From an uncultured Gammaproteobacteria bacterium (GTDB lineage Bacteria > Patescibacteriota > Microgenomatia > Levybacterales > UBA12049): DNA of 64,000 bases. Below are positions 57,634 through 64,000 of this stretch, in pieces. The stretch spans positions 77,210-141,209 of the forward strand of contig CAZDOJ010000001.1 in NCBI GenBank assembly GCA_964507055.1, written 5' to 3'. Within the stretch, counting starts at the first letter, position 1. Each line of letters starts with the position of its first letter. The position numbers and the translations under genes are program-made. Under the pieces are notes generated by a model that had not been told where the DNA came from, did no database searches, and saw only the letters and a program-made list of their open reading frames with translations.

Positions 57634-58131
57634 TTATTTATCGCAATTTTCCTGATGGTTTCTACCTTTATTTTTGTCATCGTTCCATTTTTTCATATGA
57701 TCCGCATGCCAATTCTTAAAGTCATTTTTTTCCCAGTCTTCGCTTCGACTATCCCACCAATTTTTATTATTATCCTTTGACCATTTATAATAGTCATTCC
57801 AATCTTCGTCCATGTTTCGATCATGGTCCCATTGGTATCCTTTATTGTTCATCCATTCATCATATTTCCCCCAATCATTTGATTGGTTGTTATGATTGCT
57901 AGCATACCAATTCTGATTACCTTTCTGGCCATTCTTGGACCAGTCATTTCTGTCCCAGTCCTTTTTGTCATCGTTCCACTTCCAGTCTGATTTCTGACCA
58001 TATGAGTGATCATTGTTTTGCCATGTATTGTGGCTGTTTCCATCATAGGTTGCCATTGCTGAACCAGTAAGTGACATTCCGAGCATTGCAACAGTTGCTC
58101 CTGCTGTAATTAAAGTTTTTGTTAACGTCAT
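57634..58131 (-). CDS. secreted Trp/Asn/Asp/Lys-rich protein
   Basis: SD AAGGAGGTGA before the ATG at 58131. Signal peptide. The mature part has about 16 Trp in ~135 residues, in DW/NW/KW dipeptide repeats. Confidence 0.55.
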   Translation of the reverse strand: MTLTKTLITAGATVAMLGMSLTGSAMATYDGNSHNTWQNNDHSYGQKSDWKWNDDKKDWDRNDWSKNGQKGNQNWYASNHNNQSNDWGKYDEWMNNKGYQWDHDRNMDEDWNDYYKWSKDNNKNWWDSRSEDWEKNDFKNWHADHMKKWNDDKNKGRNHQENCDK

Positions 58132-58332
58132 ATATTCACCTCCTTTCATATATGCAAATTATTAATTGTTATGTTACTTAACAATCAATAAAATCCATTA
58201 TGCGGGACGTATGTAAGTATCTAGTTAACATAGTTAATATTGTCGTAAGAGAGTTGATTTAGTGCCTATTTTTTCAGAGAATATTAAGCTATATGTGTAA
58301 AAGATATAAATTTGTTATAATCGGTAGACATT

Positions 58333-59085
58333 ATGAGTATTAATAGTACTGTACCAAAAGAATTAGAAAAGCAAAAAGAGCAAGCACTTACGTTAATGAA
58401 AGAGGCAGGTTATGCAATCACTTCTGATGTAGGAGTATTACTTGATAAAAGTTTGCCATTTATGGGCTACACTACTCAGCAAAACGGGAGGCCAATTATT
58501 GTTGTTTCAGAGGATGCGTCAAAAGGTGGAATGGCGATTAATCTGCTTATTCATGAATTAAGTCATGTGTATAGAATACAGTCAGGGCATCCTTCACATA
58601 ATTATCAATTGTTAACAAATATAATGAATTTTGTTGCACAAGGAAGAGTTGTGTATTCATATCAGGAAGAAATAGTACAAAGTATCATTAATCATTTGCA
58701 AGATCTTTACGCTGATGATATCTCTTTTAAGGTTTTTGCAACGACCGCTCAACCACAAGATCTAAATCAATTCTTCATTACATGGATTCATGAACCCAGT
58801 TCTGCCAAGGATCCAGTACAGCGATCATGGGAAAATGCCGGTAATTTCTTAAGTGCTGCATTTGCAGCAGCAAATTTAGAACGTCATAATATTCCTGATA
58901 AAAATGGCGTTGTCGCAAAAGCAATCGCTGAATATTTAAAGAAAGCAGGTAAAGCAAAGGAAGATAAATTTTATTTCTTTAAGGAATTTATGATTCGATT
59001 GCCTGAAGAAGTCACAAACAAGGAATACGAAAGATTGCTAATCCCATACCTCAATGAATTCTTTAAACTTACCAATGTTGCCTAA
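58333..59085 (+). CDS. putative zinc metalloprotease (HExxH motif)
   Basis: LLIHELSHVY contains HELSH. TATAAT at 58313-58318. Confidence 0.4.
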   Translation: MSINSTVPKELEKQKEQALTLMKEAGYAITSDVGVLLDKSLPFMGYTTQQNGRPIIVVSEDASKGGMAINLLIHELSHVYRIQSGHPSHNYQLLTNIMNFVAQGRVVYSYQEEIVQSIINHLQDLYADDISFKVFATTAQPQDLNQFFITWIHEPSSAKDPVQRSWENAGNFLSAAFAAANLERHNIPDKNGVVAKAIAEYLKKAGKAKEDKFYFFKEFMIRLPEEVTNKEYERLLIPYLNEFFKLTNVA

Positions 59086-59102
59086 TTTGGTATAATAATA
59101 TT

Positions 59103-60044
59103 ATGGAAAATCCTAAATATCAAATCTTACTCTACTATAAATATGTGACTGTTCAAATTCCTGAAAAAATTCGTGAAGAACAGCGAAGATTATGTAAAGA
59201 GCTTAATTTAAAGGGCCGTATTATTGTTGCAAAAGAGGGGATTAATGGAACTGTTGAAGGAACCGTTGCTGATACTGAAAAATATATTGAAGCGATGGAA
59301 AAAAGTGAGTATTTTAAAGGAATTCACTATAAAAAAAGTGTTGGGACTGGAGAGGCCTTTCCCAAACTTTCAGTTAAAGCACGTGATGAAGTGGTAACTG
59401 CACGAATGGTTGATTTAAATCCAAATCAAGTTACTGGAAAATATCTTACAGCAGATGAACTTCATCAATGGTTTGAGTCAGGGAAAGAATTTTATATCGT
59501 GGATATGCGAAATGACTATGAATATAGTTCAGGTCATTTTGAAGGATTTATCCCATCAGGTATACATAACTTTTTTGATCTTCCTGATGTTCTTCCAAAG
59601 ATTGCTCATCTAAAGGATAAAACAATTGTCACAGTTTGCACTGGCGGCATCCGATGTGAAAAAGCTTCTGGATTTCTGGTTTCAAACGGCTTCAATGATG
59701 TATATCAATTGCTCGATGGTATTCAGACCTACATGGAGAAATATCCCAACAAACACTTTAAAGGAAAGCTCTATGTTTTTGATGGACGCATGACTCTTGG
59801 TTTCAATACTGATTCACCAGATCATGAAATTGTTGGTACATGTTTTCATTGCGGAAAAGCTGCAGATACATATACAAATTGCGAATATGATATGTGCCAT
59901 TATCATTATATTTGTTGTGAAGACTGTCATGATAAAGAGACTGGTCTAACTTTTGATAAAGCAGAATGTAAGGTAAATTATTTTAAATATCAAAAACCAA
60001 AACTGGACGCAAAGAAACAAAATTCACCACAATCTTCAGCATAA
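59103..60044 (+). CDS. trhO: rhodanese-domain tRNA uridine(34) hydroxylase (UPF0176/YceA)
   Basis: N-terminal ILLYYKY...GRIIVAKEGINGT, rhodanese active site CTGGIRCE, and a Cys/His-rich C-terminal extension. Confidence 0.7.
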   Translation: MENPKYQILLYYKYVTVQIPEKIREEQRRLCKELNLKGRIIVAKEGINGTVEGTVADTEKYIEAMEKSEYFKGIHYKKSVGTGEAFPKLSVKARDEVVTARMVDLNPNQVTGKYLTADELHQWFESGKEFYIVDMRNDYEYSSGHFEGFIPSGIHNFFDLPDVLPKIAHLKDKTIVTVCTGGIRCEKASGFLVSNGFNDVYQLLDGIQTYMEKYPNKHFKGKLYVFDGRMTLGFNTDSPDHEIVGTCFHCGKAADTYTNCEYDMCHYHYICCEDCHDKETGLTFDKAECKVNYFKYQKPKLDAKKQNSPQSSA

Positions 60045-60110
60045 CTCCTCCCATTGACAAATTGATGGGATTCTCAGATGATAAAGCTAACCTCAATAGG
60101 TTGAAAGGGG

Positions 60111-60542
60111 GTGATTATTGTGGATCTTCAAATAAATTACGTTGCTGTTCTTCTCGCTGGAGTTGCTTATATGGTTGTTGGTTTCCTTTGGTATTCATAT
60201 CTTTTGTTTGCAAAGCCTTGGATGAAGTTCATGGGATACACCAAAGAAAGTATGGCAAAGGAGCAAAAAAAGATGGGTCCTTGGTATGCATTAAGTTTTG
60301 TTGTTGCTTTGGTGACAGCATTTATGCTTGCTCATGTAATGGCTCTTTCTGAACATTTTTATGGTTACACACCATTAATGACAGGATTAACAACAGCATT
60401 TTTTATGTGGTTGGGTTTCGTAGGACCAGTACAGCTTACTGACGTTATCTTTGGTAGTAAAAAGTTGAAATTATTTCTTATAAATACTGGCTATCAACTT
60501 GTAGCATTGCTTGCAATGGGTGTAGTGCTCGGTATTCTATAA
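60111..60542 (+). CDS. DUF1761-family membrane protein
   Basis: GTG start at 60111 or 60120 after GGGGGTGA. N-terminal pattern INYVAVLLAGVAYMVVGFLWYS..LF.KPWMK. Confidence 0.5.
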   Translation: MIIVDLQINYVAVLLAGVAYMVVGFLWYSYLLFAKPWMKFMGYTKESMAKEQKKMGPWYALSFVVALVTAFMLAHVMALSEHFYGYTPLMTGLTTAFFMWLGFVGPVQLTDVIFGSKKLKLFLINTGYQLVALLAMGVVLGIL

Positions 60543-60627
60543 AGTTATTTTGCTAGAAGCACGTTTTCATCGCTCAATGAGGGGGCAATTGCGTGCTTTT
60601 TAGCCTTATCTGATTTATAATTAGAAC

Positions 60628-61764
60628 GTGGTACAATCTGTAGATCAAATGAGTCCTATACCTGAATCCTCTCCATCTAAACCGTGGTATCGTAGCGGAA
60701 AGTTTGTTGGTGTATGCATTGTTCTTCTCACAATTGCTGTAGTTGCAGTTTTTGTAAGTTATTTTTTCATAAAGAATACAAATTCTGTGCCTGTACAACA
60801 AGTCAAAAATACTATTAAGACTATGGCATTAATACCTACTGATGTACCAAAACCGACTCCATACCCATTTTACGAATTAACAATCCCATATCTTCGCGAT
60901 CAAACATATGTGAGTAATTTAAGCAAACTTGAAGAGGTATCAAGTAATGATAGTTATACGTCCTATGTTACAAGTTTTACCTCTGATGGGTTAAAAGTAA
61001 ATGGTTGGTTAACTCGTCCAGTAGGGGATGTCCCAACAGGCGGTTGGCCTGCTATTGTTTTTATTCATGGATATCTTCCTCCGAGAACGTACGAAACCTT
61101 AGGACAACCTTACTCGACATACGTTGATTACTTGGCAAGAAATGAGTTCGTTGTATTTAAAATTGATTTGCGTGGACATGGTGATTCTCAAGGTGAGCCT
61201 GGTGGAGCTTATTATTCTGCTGATTATGTTATCGATGCACTTAACGCATACAATGCGTTACAAAAAGCAGATTTTGTAAATCCGCAAAAGGTTGGAGTTT
61301 GGGGACATAGCATGGCTGGAAATGTTTCGCTACGTGCTATTGCTGCAAAACCTGATATTCCTGCTGTGGTTATTTGGGGTGGAGCAGGGTATACCTATAC
61401 AGATTTGATTACCTACAGAATTACAGATTCGAGTTATGATCCTTCACAGAGCAGTGCCACACGTACGAGAAAAAGAGAACAAATTAGAAAATTGTATGGT
61501 GATCCTGATCCATCCAAACCATTCTGGCAGCAAATGGCCCCGACTAGTTATCTTAATGATATAAAAGGTGCAATAGCATTACATCATGCTGAAGATGACA
61601 ACGTCGTCGATGTCCATTATAGTCGGGACTTAAATGCACTTTTAGACAAGACCCCTGTTACTCATGAATTTTATGAATATCCAAGTGGAGGGCATAATAT
61701 CTCTGGAGAAAGTTTTAATGTAGCAATGCAAAGAACTGTAGATTTCTTTAAGAAGTATTTATAG
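60628..61764 (+). CDS. membrane-anchored alpha/beta hydrolase (S9/dienelactone-hydrolase-like)
   Basis: TM helix, GxSxG (GHSMAG), and a C-terminal His. Confidence 0.55.
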   Translation: MVQSVDQMSPIPESSPSKPWYRSGKFVGVCIVLLTIAVVAVFVSYFFIKNTNSVPVQQVKNTIKTMALIPTDVPKPTPYPFYELTIPYLRDQTYVSNLSKLEEVSSNDSYTSYVTSFTSDGLKVNGWLTRPVGDVPTGGWPAIVFIHGYLPPRTYETLGQPYSTYVDYLARNEFVVFKIDLRGHGDSQGEPGGAYYSADYVIDALNAYNALQKADFVNPQKVGVWGHSMAGNVSLRAIAAKPDIPAVVIWGGAGYTYTDLITYRITDSSYDPSQSSATRTRKREQIRKLYGDPDPSKPFWQQMAPTSYLNDIKGAIALHHAEDDNVVDVHYSRDLNALLDKTPVTHEFYEYPSGGHNISGESFNVAMQRTVDFFKKYL

Positions 61765-61788
61765 TACTATTATCTTATAGGTAGTTTT

Positions 61789-62772
61789 ATGATGCGATAT
61801 TACGATTTTAATGGTCCTCAAGTACGAAGGCCTTCAAGAAGAGTCAAAAGAAAGAGCACGAAAGTGATCAGCTTTATGCTACTTGCGTTTATTATTCTCC
61901 CAACAATTATTGGAATGTATGTTTTCAATCGCGATCAGTTTACACCAAAGAAGGAAACCTTAGCTATGACTATTGCTCCTACCGCAACAACAATTCCGAC
62001 AGCAACTCCATCTCTTCAATCAACTGAAATTGATCGAATTGTGAAAGAAGAACTTGAAGGAACCAAAGGAAAGTATAGTGTGGTTATCAAAAATTTAGAT
62101 ACAGGAGAAGCATATTCATATAATGAGCATCAAAAATACCAGGCTGCAAGTCTTTACAAATTATGGGTGATGGCCGTTGCCTATAATCAAATTGAAGACG
62201 GAAAACTGAAAGAAAATGAAGTCCTTGCAAGTGATGTAGCAACTATTAATTCCAAATTTAATATAGGTACTGAATCCGCAGAATTAAAAGAAGGGTCTGT
62301 CTCATTTCCAGTGAACCAAGCACTGCAACAAATGGTAACCATATCTCATAATTACGCAGCGTTGTTACTTGCACAGAAAGTTAAATTATCCAACATTACA
62401 GCATTCTTAAAAGAACATAATTATACAGAATCAAGAATTGGTCAACCTCCCCAAACAACGGCTGCTGATATCGCAAACTTCTTAGAAGATTTATATGATG
62501 GGAAGTTGGCGAATGCGAATACTACAACCACAATGATAGATTTACTCAAGCGGCAAAAGCTCAATAATAAGTTGCCAAAGAATTTATCTGCAGGAACTAT
62601 AATTGCACATAAAACTGGTGAACTGGGACCGGTTACTCACGATGCTGGAATTGTATACACAGATAAAGGTGCTTATATAATTGTGGTTATGTCTGAAAGC
62701 ACACTGCCATCAGCTGCAGAAGATAGAATTGCGATTATTTCAAAAGGGGTGTATGACTATTTTAACAAATAG
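61789..62772 (+). CDS. class A beta-lactamase-like serine hydrolase
   Basis: SxxK (ASLYK), SxN (SHN) and KTG motifs in canonical order. N-terminal TM helix. Confidence 0.6.
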   Translation: MMRYYDFNGPQVRRPSRRVKRKSTKVISFMLLAFIILPTIIGMYVFNRDQFTPKKETLAMTIAPTATTIPTATPSLQSTEIDRIVKEELEGTKGKYSVVIKNLDTGEAYSYNEHQKYQAASLYKLWVMAVAYNQIEDGKLKENEVLASDVATINSKFNIGTESAELKEGSVSFPVNQALQQMVTISHNYAALLLAQKVKLSNITAFLKEHNYTESRIGQPPQTTAADIANFLEDLYDGKLANANTTTTMIDLLKRQKLNNKLPKNLSAGTIIAHKTGELGPVTHDAGIVYTDKGAYIIVVMSESTLPSAAEDRIAIISKGVYDYFNK

Positions 62773-62775
62773 TTA

Positions 62776-63327
62776 CTATTCTTCCGGTTCTGGAGGAAGG
62801 AATTCTTCTCCACCTGAATCGGGTTTCTGAGGGTATTCATTGAACTTTAGCCAATATACATAGGTACATCCAGTTGCTTTACGAGTTTTACTATCCCATC
62901 CGGCAGTACTGCATTTTTTCATTTTCTTTCCAGTATTTGTTGTAAAAAGGACGAGTTTTTTTCCACATTCAGGGCAATCTTCGTCGAGTGGTTCTGTTGA
63001 ACCGTTAATCCATTCGACATAATCACATCCCACAACTTTTTTTGCAGCTGTATCCCAAGATCCTGCAGAGCATTTTTTCATTTTCTTTCCGAATCGGGTT
63101 GTAGCAAGGATAAGTTTTGAGCCACATTTTGGACATTTCTCGTTGAGTTCTTCTGGCTCTACTTCAAACCATTTTACATAGTCACATCCTACATTCTTTT
63201 TTGTCTCTGGATCCCATGAACCTTTTGTACATCTTTGGAGTTTTCTACCAGTTTTTGTAACAGTTACTTCGCCAAGAGGGGCTCCACATTTTGGGCAAAC
63301 TTCGTCTTTTTGTTTATCAGCACTCAT
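62776..63327 (-). CDS. protein with three tandem Cys4 zinc-ribbon repeats (topoisomerase-type zinc-finger-like)
   Basis: CPKCG(x~22)C(x~16)GC repeated three times at ~58-aa spacing. Confidence 0.5.
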   Translation of the reverse strand: MSADKQKDEVCPKCGAPLGEVTVTKTGRKLQRCTKGSWDPETKKNVGCDYVKWFEVEPEELNEKCPKCGSKLILATTRFGKKMKKCSAGSWDTAAKKVVGCDYVEWINGSTEPLDEDCPECGKKLVLFTTNTGKKMKKCSTAGWDSKTRKATGCTYVYWLKFNEYPQKPDSGGEEFLPPEPEE

Positions 63328-63480
63328 GAGTACTTATGTTACTGTTTTTATATTATATAGTCAAGAGAGACAAAATATGATCAACTATCTCATATTACTA
63401 TACAATTGTATTTTTAAAGTTCGAATAGGGTGTAGTATAATCTTAAGCAAACATTAAGTAATGCGGTTTAAACTAACGCT

Positions 63481-64000
63481 ATGAGGATTTTAGTTATTGA
63501 AGATGAAGAGAAGATTGCAAACGCAATCAAGCGAGCATTGGAATTGCAAAAATATGCGGTTGACGTCGCATACAATGGTACGGATGGTCTTGATCTCGCA
63601 GTTGGTGAAAAGTTTGATCTAATCGTTTTAGATTTAATGCTTCCTGGTATCGATGGACTGACTATTTGTAAAAGAATCAGAAATGAAGGGATTACTACTC
63701 CTGTATTAATGCTTACAGCAAAAGGGCAAGTCTCAGATAAAGTAACAGGACTCGATGTTGGAGCTGACGACTATATGCAAAAGCCTTTTTCTTTCGAAGA
63801 ACTCTTCGCTAGAATAAGGGCTTTAGTTCGGCGACCGGCACATGTAAGCGAGCCAGTGTTGAAAATAGGAGATCTCTCTCTTGACCCAACTAATTTTGCA
63901 GTAAAACGAGAAGGCAAGATAGTCATACTTTCAGTTAAAGAATATTCCCTTTTGGAATACTTAATGAGAAATAAAAAAAATGTATTATCACGTGAACAAA
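63481..64000 (+). CDS. OmpR/PhoB-family response regulator (3'-truncated at window end)
   Basis: Receiver domain (ILVIEDE...LIVLDLMLPGIDG...LMLTAK) followed by the start of a winged-helix output domain. Confidence 0.75.
   Translation, partial: MRILVIEDEEKIANAIKRALELQKYAVDVAYNGTDGLDLAVGEKFDLIVLDLMLPGIDGLTICKRIRNEGITTPVLMLTAKGQVSDKVTGLDVGADDYMQKPFSFEELFARIRALVRRPAHVSEPVLKIGDLSLDPTNFAVKREGKIVILSVKEYSLLEYLMRNKKNVLSREQ

Noticed and set aside
60062-60352. ORF overlapping the start of the DUF1761 gene in another frame
   Set aside because: It is Cys-rich nonsense composition. The overlapping frame has clear DUF1761 membrane-protein character and an SD.
1-64000. tRNA, rRNA and CRISPR arrays
   Set aside because: Intergenic regions were read for cloverleaf-sized GC-rich segments and regularly spaced direct repeats, and none was found. 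The 21-nt dnaX/recR repeat has only two copies and lies inside genes.

Overview
The window is a low-GC, gene-dense bacterial chromosome segment. Gene content suggests a Patescibacteria/CPR-like organism: split transketolase, an archaeal-type PPAT fused to a DUF359-like domain, isopentenyl phosphate kinase next to IDI and UppS, and a lamin-tail-domain protein. This placement is an inference. The standard genetic code is in use; housekeeping genes are intact with ordinary stops.

The main observation is in bases 1-15834. Thirteen consecutive co-directional genes (the first truncated at the window edge), plus a 14th at 38770-40041, encode otherwise dissimilar hydrophilic proteins of 213-889 aa with no signal peptide. 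All end in the same ~16-20 aa acidic C-terminal peptide: [IV]DW-x-G-x-[ND]D-x-D-x-GP-[RK]-[RK]-[TS]-L-COOH. Examples are ...DWAGENDPDTGPRRTL, ...IDWSGSNDLDDGPRRSL and ...VDWSGDSEPDPRKKTL. Most also begin with M-[TSK]-E-R. The C-terminal peptide is conserved at the amino-acid level while the codons differ between copies, which points to selection on the peptide. It looks like a shared, previously undescribed C-terminal targeting, sorting or cargo-loading tag. No recognisable cognate transporter, sortase or shell gene is in the window. Inside the array are a 3-member and a 2-member paralog family, an 883-aa polyanionic low-complexity protein, and an 889-aa protein with beta-helix-like repeats.

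The rest of the window is housekeeping and envelope genes. The units are listed below in order.
- rpsU-ybeY-dnaX-ybaB-prs-recR-cysS
- an ECF sigma factor with anti-sigma-like and membrane proteins
- IPK, an unknown 222-aa ORF, idi and uppS
- the PPAT fusion
- class A PBP, msrB, LTD protein and GH18
- PfkB kinase, class II fba, FAD oxidase, split tkt and MOFRL glycerate kinase
- zur-znuABC with a palindromic operator
- amidase, malQ, a Pif1-like helicase, csbD-like and trhO
- several alpha/beta hydrolases and a class-A beta-lactamase-like protein
- two response regulators

Many genes are driven by near-consensus TTGACA-17-TATAAT promoters placed 6-10 nt upstream of the ATG, so leaderless mRNAs appear to be common. 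No tRNA, rRNA, CRISPR array or mobile-element genes were found.
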